A stretch of 15,219 nucleotides of DNA from Pseudomonadota bacterium (GTDB lineage Bacteria; Bdellovibrionota_B; Oligoflexia; Oligoflexales; CAIMVM01): NCBI GenBank assembly GCA_037142195.1, contig JBAXBA010000085.1, positions 1 to 15,219 of the forward strand, given 5' to 3'. Below are positions 1 to 8,152 of this stretch, one piece after another. Under the pieces are notes generated by a model. That model was not told where the DNA came from and did no database searches. It worked only from the letters and a program-made list of their open reading frames with translations. Each line of letters starts with the position of its first letter. Within the stretch, counting starts at the first letter, position 1. Position numbers and translations under genes: made by a program.

Positions 1-38
1 TATCGAAAATTAACATATTCGATAATAAGTGGTATCCT
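1..38 (+). promoter_or_regulatory. Putative sigma70 promoter of fic with overlapping inverted repeat
   Basis: TTAACA (10-15), 17 bp spacer, TATCCT (33-38) preceded by TG at 30-31 (extended -10). Inverted repeat TATCGAA (1-7) / TTCGATA (18-24) brackets the -35. AAAGG (54-58) lies before ATG 65. The left arm may continue beyond the window edge. Confidence 0.5.
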
Positions 39-64
39 CTATTTCTGGGCAAGAAAGGCACTAA

Positions 65-1225
65 ATGGACATAGAGCAATCACCAAGCGGTCGGATTATA
101 AAGGCATCTACGGGTTACAAAGCCTTTATTCCATTCGCACTACCACCGAAATTCGAGTGGGATCAAGGGCTTGTTAATAGCCTGTCTCGTGCCGATTTCT
201 TACTAGGAAAATTGGCCCGTGAAGGAAGTAGATTACCAAATCCGCACCTTCTCATACGTCCATTCATAACCAGAGAAGCTGTTTTGTCGAGCAGGATAGA
301 AGGTACCCAAGCCACTTTAGGGGAAATTTTAGCTGCAGATAACGGCGTGACCGTCAAACAAAATCCTGATGATTTGCAGGAAGTTCAAAATTACATCAAA
401 GCACTAGATTATGGCATCAATAGATTAAACGAATTGCCCTTATCGTTGCGGCTTATCAAAGAAATTCATGGAACTCTGATGCAGGGCGTCAGGGGGTCTC
501 ATGCGACACCTGGTGAATTTAGACGTACTCAAAATTGGATAGGGGCACCTGGGTGTACCTTGAATACTGCCAAGTTTGTGCCAGCCCCGCCGGACCTTTT
601 GATGGAAAGCTTGGGCGAGTTAGAGAGTTTTTTGCATAACAGGCAGTGGCCGCCTCTTATTCATATTGCTCTGTGTCATTATCAATTTGAAGCTATCCAT
701 CCGTTTTTAGATGGTAACGGACGTGTAGGACGACTCCTTATAACCTTGTTACTTATCGAACAAAAAATGCTTCCTTCACCTTTGCTATATCTATCCGCAT
801 TCTTTGAGGCAACTCGCGATGAATATTACAAACAACTTTACAATGTGAGCCGAGATGGCGCGTGGCGTGATTGGCTCGTCTATTTTCTTAATGGAGTTGC
901 CGTTCAATCTGAAGACGTTTTGTCCCGGGCGGAGCGTATCAATGATTTATTACAGACCTGGAAATTAATGGTGGCAAGTAATGCCTCATCAGTTCCAGTA
1001 GATATTGTAGATCGGCTTGCCGTGAATCCATTTGTAACGATAAATAAAATAGCTGGAGATTTAGGAATTTCTTATAGCACAGCACAAAGAGGCATCCAAA
1101 AACTTGAAGCAGCTAAAATTATTGAAAAAAATTCTGATCATAAACGCGATAAAGTTTATTGCGCCAACGCAATACTCAACATTTTAGAAGAACCTACAAG
1201 GATTAACACTGAAAGTGATAGATGA
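65..1225 (+). CDS. fic: Fic/DOC family protein adenylyltransferase (class II-like, N-terminal inhibitory helix, probable C-terminal HTH)
   Basis: Canonical motif HPFLDGNGRVGR; inhibitory (S/T)xxxE(G/N) motif SSRIEG at aa 75-80; PGEFRRTQNWIG flap; C-terminal TINKIAGDLGISYSTAQRGIQKLE resembles a winged HTH. Confidence 0.95.
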   Translation: MDIEQSPSGRIIKASTGYKAFIPFALPPKFEWDQGLVNSLSRADFLLGKLAREGSRLPNPHLLIRPFITREAVLSSRIEGTQATLGEILAADNGVTVKQNPDDLQEVQNYIKALDYGINRLNELPLSLRLIKEIHGTLMQGVRGSHATPGEFRRTQNWIGAPGCTLNTAKFVPAPPDLLMESLGELESFLHNRQWPPLIHIALCHYQFEAIHPFLDGNGRVGRLLITLLLIEQKMLPSPLLYLSAFFEATRDEYYKQLYNVSRDGAWRDWLVYFLNGVAVQSEDVLSRAERINDLLQTWKLMVASNASSVPVDIVDRLAVNPFVTINKIAGDLGISYSTAQRGIQKLEAAKIIEKNSDHKRDKVYCANAILNILEEPTRINTESDR

Positions 1226-1630
1226 TATGGGAGCCATGTCCATGGTTAGTCACGCTGCCTTTATGGATCATGGAGCTCAGTCCATTTAAATACATATATA
1301 CGTCAAGCTACTGGGCCTTTGTTAATGGCGTCTCAATTTATGGATCGAAGTTCAGTTTCATTTCTCATCCGCGTAAATGGAGATTGCGTCGGCAGCTTAA
1401 AAAAGCAGTGGACTTCTCGTAAGGCGAATGGGAATCAAGGCACTTCAAAGGAGCTGAATTAGCTTTTCAAGCTTGGCATTAGGAGTGACACAAATTCAGG
1501 CCAAATTCTTTTGGTTCCAAGTCTGAAAATTCCATTTCTGATCAGGGTGCCTGTCCCATGAACTATCAAAGCGATGATTAGATCCCTCCCATCAAGAGGT
1601 AGTTACTAATTTAAAAAGAGCCTCTATTCT

Positions 1631-2158
1631 TTAGGCGACTCTACGTTTTTTTTTATAACGTACTTCTTCCATATCTTTTTGAAATGAGTTGGGAGATTCC
1701 GGAAGGACAATCTCCTTTCCTAGCATGGATCTTAAAGAACCAGGGCGAATCAGTTCCAAGGAAAGGCGCTCCATGAGAAGAGCCGATGAGGCTCCTTCGG
1801 CTTTTCGAACGCCTTTCACGTAATTGGCAATAGTTCCTTTGGATAGGCCTCCGAGAAGCGCGCCAGTTTCTTCGTAAGTAAGGCCCAGAAAGTCGATGAT
1901 TTTTTTGATCTGTAAAGAGCTCAATGTCTCTTCGCCCATCGTAACAGCCTTATAGTGAACTCTGACAAATTCTTCAGTCGAAAGTCGACTGATGCGCGTG
2001 ATTTCAGAACCGTCCAGTCCCCAGTCAAGGTCTTCGTTCCAGCCAGATTCTTCAAATCGGCGTACTGATTTTTCATCTAAAAGATGAACCCAGGCGTCAC
2101 AAACAATAGGCTGAAGCCCATCTTTATCTGGAAAGTCTTTCACAAAAACTTTTTTCAT
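1631..2158 (-). CDS. Putative antitoxin / XRE-type HTH regulator (MqsA/HigA-like C-terminal HTH)
   Basis: 175 aa. LSSLQIKKIIDFLGLTYEETGALLGGLSKGTIANYVKGVRK fits the XRE HTH pattern of MqsA/HigA C-termini. GGAGG Shine-Dalgarno at 2170-2166 before ATG 2158. Lies directly downstream of a toxin-like ORF. Confidence 0.7.
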   Translation of the reverse strand: MKKVFVKDFPDKDGLQPIVCDAWVHLLDEKSVRRFEESGWNEDLDWGLDGSEITRISRLSTEEFVRVHYKAVTMGEETLSSLQIKKIIDFLGLTYEETGALLGGLSKGTIANYVKGVRKAEGASSALLMERLSLELIRPGSLRSMLGKEIVLPESPNSFQKDMEEVRYKKKRRVA

Positions 2159-2195
2159 GTCAAATCCTCCGAAATGCGCTTATCACAAGGACCTT

Positions 2196-2498
2196 TCAAG
2201 AGGCATCTTCATCAAGGCATAGTACTAGGTGACATTCTCTTTTTTCGCTGTCATTAACTCGAAAGAGAAAGGACCCATACTGTGCCGTCGGTGCCTCATG
2301 ATTTTCATGAAGCTGTCCAGCTCCTGTCATCACCAGCGTGAGCAATTCTTCTCTGGTGAAGTGGCGCTCGGGATGGTCCTTATAAGCATGTCGCCTAACG
2401 ATCACAGACTCAGGCTTCTTTCGTATAGTTACAAACAACTCACGCGCAGAAATTAAGGTCAGTCTGCCGTCTGATCTGTATTTAAGGTCCAGATCCAC
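2196..2498 (-). CDS. Putative DUF4258/RelE-like toxin, truncated by an in-frame TGA (read-through form would end at 2160)
   Basis: IVRRHAYKDHPERHFTREELLTLVMTG...FLFRV...RECHLVL resembles DUF4258 (HA..r..eR.i...di). The frame continues after TGA 2198-2196 as KVLVISAFRRI-stop. Start placed at GTG 2498 (GGAG 5 nt upstream); ATG 2510 or TTG 2537 are alternatives. Confidence 0.6.
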   Translation of the reverse strand: MDLDLKYRSDGRLTLISARELFVTIRKKPESVIVRRHAYKDHPERHFTREELLTLVMTGAGQLHENHEAPTAQYGSFLFRVNDSEKRECHLVLCLDEDAS

Positions 2499-2508
2499 AC
2501 ACTCTCCC

Positions 2509-2545
2509 ATCTTGCATTGTATAACGGTAGTTTTCAATGAAAACT
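2509..2545 (-). promoter_or_regulatory. Putative TA promoter with palindromic operator
   Basis: Perfect palindrome AGTTTTCA-A-TGAAAACT (2529-2545). It overlaps two candidate minus-strand promoters: TTGAAA(2537-2532)-17-CAAGAT(2514-2509) and TTTTCA(2543-2538)-16-TACAAT(2521-2516). Confidence 0.55.
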
Positions 2546-2721
2546 TTAGTTCCCTTTTGAATTGTTGTCCTGGAATGCCTGGGCAGGGCGATAGAGCGGC
2601 TTATCTTCTCAGATTATCCCAATAATAACAGCATGGTATCTTGTTGGGGGGTTGATGTCTTATAGGTTTCGTGTCCTCAGCCCAAGTCAAATGCCTACGA
2701 GATGGCGCTGTCGATGGTTTC

Positions 2722-2760
2722 AAAAACCTAAAAAGCCTCAATTTGAAGAGGTTGGTTTTT
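2722..2760. terminator. Weak hairpin flanked by A/T tracts, possible terminator downstream of the GT2 gene
   Basis: AAAAACC(2722-2728)...GGTTTTT(2754-2760) outer arms and CCTC/GAGG inner stem, about 60 nt past the GT2 stop. The stem is short and imperfect. Confidence 0.3.
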
Positions 2761-2772
2761 GGTGCGCCTTTG

Positions 2773-2808
2773 CTCCTTGTGCCGCTCCCTGTGCCGGTCC
2801 CTGTGCCG
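2773..2808. repeat. 3 x 12 bp imperfect tandem repeat
   Basis: CTCCTTGTGCCG / CTCCCTGTGCCG / GTCCCTGTGCCG read directly from the sequence. Confidence 0.9.
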
Positions 2809-2821
2809 ACTCTTTCCCAGG

Positions 2822-3871
2822 CTATTTTTTCGCTCTTCGTTTAGCATTTACGTATAAGGGAAACGGATAACGCCACTTCCAAGGGCTTGAATACAATTTT
2901 TCTGACCACTTAAGAACAGGTCTGGAATTCACCAGAGAAGAGTGATCCCATTTTTTATAGAAGTATTCTACTTCTGAAATAGGAAATACGGCTTTTTTAG
3001 TGCTGGATTCTTCGTGGATAAGAATGAGATCGGGAAGGACTACGATGACTTTTCCGGCATTTCTGAGTGTTAAACAAAGATCAATATCTTGGCCTAAAGT
3101 GGGAAGCCTTTCATCGAATTTTCCAGATGCTTCAAATGCTTCGACGCTTATAAAAAAAGAAGCACCCGTAACCGCTGGAACCGATCTTGGAGAGTTGAGC
3201 CAGGAGCTGTCATGGGGGAGAACATCATTTTTAAAGGGGTGAGAGGCGATGATTTTTACGAAAGGCTCTGCATAGAGATGCTGAATCTTTTGATTGGGAT
3301 AGAGAAGTGTATTGCCGACGGCTCCGCAGTTTGGAAGAGTGGAAGCAGAAAATAGCTTTTCTAGCGCATCGGGATCTATAACCATGACATCATTATTTAA
3401 AAACCAAAGATGAGTCAGCGGGGTCCCATGGCTCTTTTCAAGCTCTTTGGTAGCAAAATGAACCGCATCATTATTTATTCTAGAATAATTAAAAGGGTAA
3501 TCAAGGCTGCATTTCAGGAGGGGCATGGGAAACTGAGAGGTCATCATTTTAGCAATACCGTGCAGAGTCTCTTTTTGAGAGGAGCCATTGTCGGCCAAGA
3601 TGAGAGTGGCTTTGAGGTGGGGTGGCAGTTTGAGACTCTTGAGGTAAGAGAGACACCTTTCCGTCATGACAAAGTTATCTCTGTAGGGAACTACAATTCC
3701 TACATGAAACGATTCCTGCCCAAGGGAAATTTCACTTAAAGAGCCGCCTCTTTCTATCGGTGGACAAAGAGTTTCTAGTCCCTCAAGGGTCACCTTTTTA
3801 GAAAGGAAGCGCAGTCCTACTTCCGTAAGCTTCAAAGTAACTTTAATCAAATAGTAAATGAGTGTAGTCAA
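2822..3871 (-). CDS. Glycosyltransferase family 2 (GT-A fold)
   Basis: GIVVPYRD, ILADNGS, FNYSRINN, WFLNND, AVTGASFFI, GKFDE, QDIDLC and IHEESST motifs typical of WbbL/rhamnosyltransferase-like GT2s. TTG start with AAGGTGA 9 nt upstream. Confidence 0.9.
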   Translation of the reverse strand: MTTLIYYLIKVTLKLTEVGLRFLSKKVTLEGLETLCPPIERGGSLSEISLGQESFHVGIVVPYRDNFVMTERCLSYLKSLKLPPHLKATLILADNGSSQKETLHGIAKMMTSQFPMPLLKCSLDYPFNYSRINNDAVHFATKELEKSHGTPLTHLWFLNNDVMVIDPDALEKLFSASTLPNCGAVGNTLLYPNQKIQHLYAEPFVKIIASHPFKNDVLPHDSSWLNSPRSVPAVTGASFFISVEAFEASGKFDERLPTLGQDIDLCLTLRNAGKVIVVLPDLILIHEESSTKKAVFPISEVEYFYKKWDHSSLVNSRPVLKWSEKLYSSPWKWRYPFPLYVNAKRRAKK

Positions 3872-4328
3872 GAGAGGGAATCACCTTCACAGCTGAATGC
3901 CTGCTTTATAATCTCAGACAAATTTGAGGATTTACGTTTACCGACTTGACGAGGATGCCATTTAAACCCGGCACAGGACAAGCTCACAAATAAATAGTCC
4001 CCTAACAAGTCTAGGGCAGTTTGTCTACTTGATGGGCACCACCTCGGGCCCAGGAATCAAAGAGTCCTAAATCTGAAAAATTATCTGGCCATAGGCCTAG
4101 GAGGAAATCGCTAAGAAAGGCTTTATGGAAGCTCCTTATGGATAAATGGCCTTAGGTAATCCGATCAGCAGCGTGGAAACGGTAATCCTCAAACTTATAT
4201 GCCCTGTGGCTCCAGATTTCATTGGAATTAGGGGATAATTCCCTTAGAATATGGACAAAATAGTTTTGTGACTATAAATCAGGCTGTGGCCTGTAGATTT
4301 ATAGTTTTAGCAAGAGAGGGAGTTTTCC

Positions 4329-5435
4329 TTGTCAAATAACCATTCCAGTTCCCATAAAGATGTTTCGGGCAATTCCTCTGTAAGCAAAGTGCATGTCGTG
4401 ATTTTATGCGGCGGCTCAGGAACAAGACTTTGGCCCTTATCTCAAGAAGATCGTCCCAAACAGTTTTTAGCGCTTGGGGGTTCTGATCAGACTTTGATTC
4501 AAAAAGCGGTAAAGAGACTGGAAAATGTTGCCCCTACGCAAAACAGATGGCTTGTTTTGGGGCCTAAGCATGAAAAAATAGCCAGAGAGCAAGTGGGAGA
4601 TCGGGTGGGCCATTTTTTAATTGAGCCAGAAGCCAGAAATACAGCCCCCGCTGTGCTTTTAGCGGCATTTGCGATTCAAAAAAAGGATCCCGATGCCGTG
4701 ATGGTGGTCGTTCATTCCGATCATTTGATTGAAACCGAGGAGCAGTTTGAACACACCCTCCAAACAGCCATCGATGTGGCGCGCCATCAGATGAAATTTG
4801 TGGTTCTAGGCATAAGACCCACCTTTCCCTCAACAGGATTTGGCTACATTGAGTTGGGTTCTAAGTTAGACCGTCCCCACGATCCAGGCGGTTTATCCGT
4901 TTTCGATGTGCTTAGCTTCCATGAAAAGCCAGATTACGATACCGCGAAGTCGTTTTTACAGAAGCGAAATTACATGTGGAATGCGGGCATGTTTATTTGG
5001 TCGGTTAAGAACTTTCTTGACGAGGCCAACCGAGTTTTGCCAGAAATTACCACTAAAATGGCGGATGCCAAGTTTACTTTAGAAAAATATAAAGAGTTGC
5101 CTAAAGTTTCTATCGATGTGGGTTTTATGGAAAGGGCGAATCGTATTGCCTGTGTTCCTGCGGAATTCTCGTGGCAGGATATCGGCACTTGGGGATCTGT
5201 GAGAGATGCCTTTATACGAGATCCGGCTGGAAACGTAGCTTCAGGCGATGTTTTTTTATTAGATACCAGCAATTCCGTCATTCACAGCGAAGGGCCTACG
5301 ATAGCGGCCCTAGGTTGCAATAATCTTGTCATAGTAGCGACTAAAGATTCCGTTTTAGTGATGCCGGAAAGTAAAGGTCAAGACGTCAAGCATGTTGCGG
5401 ATTGGCTCGCCAAACGAGGGAACAAGCCAACCTAG
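4329..5435 (+). CDS. manC: Mannose-1-phosphate guanylyltransferase (no C-terminal PMI cupin domain)
   Basis: [66 protein letters not shown] start after GAGGGAG. Confidence 0.93.
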   Translation: MSNNHSSSHKDVSGNSSVSKVHVVILCGGSGTRLWPLSQEDRPKQFLALGGSDQTLIQKAVKRLENVAPTQNRWLVLGPKHEKIAREQVGDRVGHFLIEPEARNTAPAVLLAAFAIQKKDPDAVMVVVHSDHLIETEEQFEHTLQTAIDVARHQMKFVVLGIRPTFPSTGFGYIELGSKLDRPHDPGGLSVFDVLSFHEKPDYDTAKSFLQKRNYMWNAGMFIWSVKNFLDEANRVLPEITTKMADAKFTLEKYKELPKVSIDVGFMERANRIACVPAEFSWQDIGTWGSVRDAFIRDPAGNVASGDVFLLDTSNSVIHSEGPTIAALGCNNLVIVATKDSVLVMPESKGQDVKHVADWLAKRGNKPT

Positions 5436-5508
5436 ATTCCAGGTGTCTCAAAAATTTGCTAGAAAAAATGAAGTAGAAGATGTCAATTCCATTAGAGAAG
5501 GATCCCAG

Positions 5509-6564
5509 ATGAAACTTTTAGTTACCGGCGGGGCAGGATTTATCGGTTCAGCTGTTGTGAGAAAAGCGGTGGCGGAGAGGCGCTATTCGGTAGTGAATAT
5601 CGATAAGTTGACCTATGCCGGAAGTCTTGAAAATCTAAGATCCATCGAGAAAGATCCCCACTATAAGTTTATTCAAGGGGATATCTGTGATCTTGAGCTG
5701 ATGAAGAGAATCTTCATGGAAGAAAAGCCCGATGCTATTTTGCATTTGGCGGCAGAAAGCCATGTGGACCGATCTATCGATGGACCTCGTGTGTTTTTAG
5801 AAACCAATGTTATGGGAACCTATTCTCTATTGGAGGCTGCTCGAAGTTACTGGAGTGGTCTTGGAGAAAAAGAGAAGGCTAGATTTAAATTTCAGCACAT
5901 TTCTACAGACGAAGTTTTTGGCGAGCTCGGTCCTACTGGATTTTTTAGTGAAAAGACGCCCTATGCTCCTAACTCCCCCTATTCCAGTTCTAAGGCTTCT
6001 AGCGACCATCTCGTGAGGGCTTGGCGGGAAACCTATGGCCTTCCCACGCTAACCACCAACTGCTCGAACAACTATGGACCCTATCATTTTCCAGAAAAAC
6101 TCGTTCCCTTGATGATACTCAATGCCCTAGAAGGAAAGCCTCTTCCGGTCTATGGCAAAGGAGATCAGATTCGCGATTGGCTTTATGTGGAAGATCATGC
6201 AGAAGCCCTCCTTACGGTTTTAGAAAAAGGAGGTATCGGTGAGACTTACTGCATCGGAGGCCACAATGAAAAGACCAATCTCAGTGTGGTCCATACCATC
6301 TGTCATCTTCTAGATGAACTTAGGCCCAAAACGGGCGGCAGCAGTTACGCCACACAAATCCAGTTTGTTGCGGACAGGCCAGGGCATGATCACAGGTATG
6401 CCATTGACGCCTCAAAAATAGAAAAAGAATTAGGTTGGAAACCGAAAGAAACGTTTGAGTCTGGTATCAAAAAGACGGTCCTTTGGTATTTAGAAAATCA
6501 GATCTGGTGTGAAAAAATCAGAGCCTCTAAATATAAAGGCGAGCGTTTAGGACTTAAAAACTAA
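5509..6564 (+). CDS. rfbB: dTDP-glucose 4,6-dehydratase
   Basis: [66 protein letters not shown]. Start moved from 5392 to ATG 5509, which follows AAGGA and matches the family N-terminus. Confidence 0.97.
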   Translation: MKLLVTGGAGFIGSAVVRKAVAERRYSVVNIDKLTYAGSLENLRSIEKDPHYKFIQGDICDLELMKRIFMEEKPDAILHLAAESHVDRSIDGPRVFLETNVMGTYSLLEAARSYWSGLGEKEKARFKFQHISTDEVFGELGPTGFFSEKTPYAPNSPYSSSKASSDHLVRAWRETYGLPTLTTNCSNNYGPYHFPEKLVPLMILNALEGKPLPVYGKGDQIRDWLYVEDHAEALLTVLEKGGIGETYCIGGHNEKTNLSVVHTICHLLDELRPKTGGSSYATQIQFVADRPGHDHRYAIDASKIEKELGWKPKETFESGIKKTVLWYLENQIWCEKIRASKYKGERLGLKN

Positions 6565-6614
6565 GGTGATATTCCTCCGTGCGGTATTTAAACTCCCCTT
6601 TTAAGAGGTAAACC

Positions 6615-7508
6615 ATGACATCAGGGCGCAAAGGAATTATTTTAGCGGGAGGTAGCGGGACCAGGCTTCATCCCTTAACCTTAGTGGCTTCTAAGCAAAT
6701 GCTTCCCGTTTACGACAAACCGATGATTTATTATCCCCTCTCCACTCTCATGCTTTCTGGAATTAGGGAGGTGTTGATTATTTCCACCCCCCATGATCTT
6801 CCCAAGTTTAAGGCGCTTCTCGGAACAGGTAAGAAGTGGGGAATGGAGTTTCAATACGTCGAACAGCCCAGTCCTGATGGACTTGCTCAGGCCTTTATTT
6901 TAGGGGCTGATTTTATTGGCAAGGGACCAAGCTGCCTGGTTCTAGGCGACAATATCTTCTATGGCTCAGGCCTTGGAAGACACCTAAAAGAGACCAGCGC
7001 CTCGTCGCAAGGTGCGACCGTATTTGGCTACTATGTCAATGATCCGGAGCGCTATGGCGTTGCGGAATTTGGACCAAACGGCCAAGTCAAGTCCCTAGAA
7101 GAAAAACCCAAAAGCCCCAAATCTAATTATGCCGTGACCGGCCTTTACTTTTACGACAACGATGTGATTCAAATCGCTAAAGACTTAAAGCCTTCCCCAA
7201 GAGGTGAGCTTGAGATTACCGATGTGAATATCGAGTATCTGAAACGAGGAAAGCTGGACATGAAAGTTCTAGGCCGAGGAACCGCTTGGCTCGACACCGG
7301 AACTCATCAGTCTCTTCTTGAGGCAAGTAACTTTGTGGAGGCGGTAGAGTCTAGACAAGGGCTTAAGATTGCCTGTCCAGAAGAAATTGCTTGGCGCATG
7401 GGATATATTTCCAGCAGTGAGTTAGAGTCTTTGGCTCAGCCTTTGGCGAAGTCGACTTATGGTAAGTATTTACTCGACACCCTGAAACGTGAAGCCAGCG
7501 GAATCTAG
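6615..7508 (+). CDS. rfbA: Glucose-1-phosphate thymidylyltransferase
   Basis: [72 protein letters not shown]. Confidence 0.98.
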   Translation: MTSGRKGIILAGGSGTRLHPLTLVASKQMLPVYDKPMIYYPLSTLMLSGIREVLIISTPHDLPKFKALLGTGKKWGMEFQYVEQPSPDGLAQAFILGADFIGKGPSCLVLGDNIFYGSGLGRHLKETSASSQGATVFGYYVNDPERYGVAEFGPNGQVKSLEEKPKSPKSNYAVTGLYFYDNDVIQIAKDLKPSPRGELEITDVNIEYLKRGKLDMKVLGRGTAWLDTGTHQSLLEASNFVEAVESRQGLKIACPEEIAWRMGYISSSELESLAQPLAKSTYGKYLLDTLKREASGI

Positions 7509-7529
7509 AGGAATCTAGAGGAATCTAAA
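7500..7529 (+). repeat. 3 x 10 bp tandem repeat spanning the rfbA stop codon
   Basis: GGAATCTAGA GGAATCTAGA GGAATCTAAA read directly from the sequence. Confidence 0.95.
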
Positions 7530-7575
7530 GCACTGCCGCGAGGCCGTCCTATACTTTTGATGACAAGGATAAGAA

Positions 7576-8115
7576 ATGAATATCATCACAACAGAAATTG
7601 AAGGTGTTTTAATTATAGAACCCAAGGTTTTTGGGGATCACCGTGGATTTTTCTTTGAGTCCTACTCGAAAACCCGATATCAGCAGGCCGGGCTTCAAGA
7701 AGAATTTGTGCAGGACAATGTTTCCTTCTCCAAAAAAGGGATTTTACGAGGACTTCATGTGCAAAAGGGGCCGTCAGCCCAAGGTAAGCTGGTTCAGGTG
7801 CTTCTTGGAGAGGTCTATGATGTGGCTGTTGACATCAGGCCGGGCTCGAAAACCTTTGGCAAATGGGTGGGGATTTATCTCAGCGCCGAAAACAAAAAGC
7901 AGTTTTGGATCCCTCCTGGTCTAGCCCATGGATTTTTAGTGACCAGCGACGAGGCGCTTTTTTCTTACAAATGCACGAAGTATTACGATCCTAGCCAAGA
8001 ATCGACTTTAGCTTATGACGATCCTAGTTTAAAGATTCCTTGGCCTCTTCAGGATGTGAAGCTTTCTGATAAAGATAAGCTCGGCAAGTCACTCCATGAT
8101 TTTGCTCACGGTTAA
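7576..8115 (+). CDS. rfbC: dTDP-4-dehydrorhamnose 3,5-epimerase
   Basis: FGDHRGFFFE, FVQDNVSFS, LRGLH, QGKLV, DVAVDIR, GLAHGF, YKC, LSDKD. AAGGA RBS. Confidence 0.97.
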   Translation: MNIITTEIEGVLIIEPKVFGDHRGFFFESYSKTRYQQAGLQEEFVQDNVSFSKKGILRGLHVQKGPSAQGKLVQVLLGEVYDVAVDIRPGSKTFGKWVGIYLSAENKKQFWIPPGLAHGFLVTSDEALFSYKCTKYYDPSQESTLAYDDPSLKIPWPLQDVKLSDKDKLGKSLHDFAHG

Positions 8116-8152
8116 CCTTCATCCCTTAGAATCGTTACGGTAAAGGTTATCC

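Noticed and set aside
1222..1422. 66 aa ORF overlapping the fic stop (ATGA)
   Set aside because: No recognisable motif and atypical composition. The overlap alone is insufficient, and this Fic already carries its own inhibitory motif.
2196..2198. Selenocysteine or genetic code 4/25 explanation for the in-frame TGA
   Set aside because: Other intact genes in the window terminate at TGA, the position looks like a loop rather than a catalytic Cys site, and no convincing SECIS hairpin was seen downstream.
2652..2870. 72 aa ORF with repeated APCA/GPCA
   Set aside because: The Cys periodicity is just the translation of the 12 bp DNA repeat. TTG start, no RBS, and it overlaps the GT2 3' end on the opposite strand.
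2788..3977. 10 bp inverted match CCTGTGCCGG (2788-2797) / CCGGCACAGG (3968-3977) flanking the GT2 gene, suggesting an invertible segment
   Set aside because: Many 10 bp matches are expected by chance in 15 kb, and there is no recombinase in the window.
4329..5435. ManC lacking the C-terminal phosphomannose isomerase cupin
   Set aside because: Monofunctional guanylyltransferases of this length are common, and there is no sign of a frameshifted continuation.
5392..5508. 39 aa N-terminal extension of RfbB in the ORF track
   Set aside because: It overlaps manC. ATG 5509 has an RBS and matches the family N-terminus.
7340..7347. GGCGGTAG resembling the RfaH ops element
   Set aside because: It lies inside rfbA coding sequence (E-A-V-E), lacks the downstream TG of the consensus, and is not in a leader.
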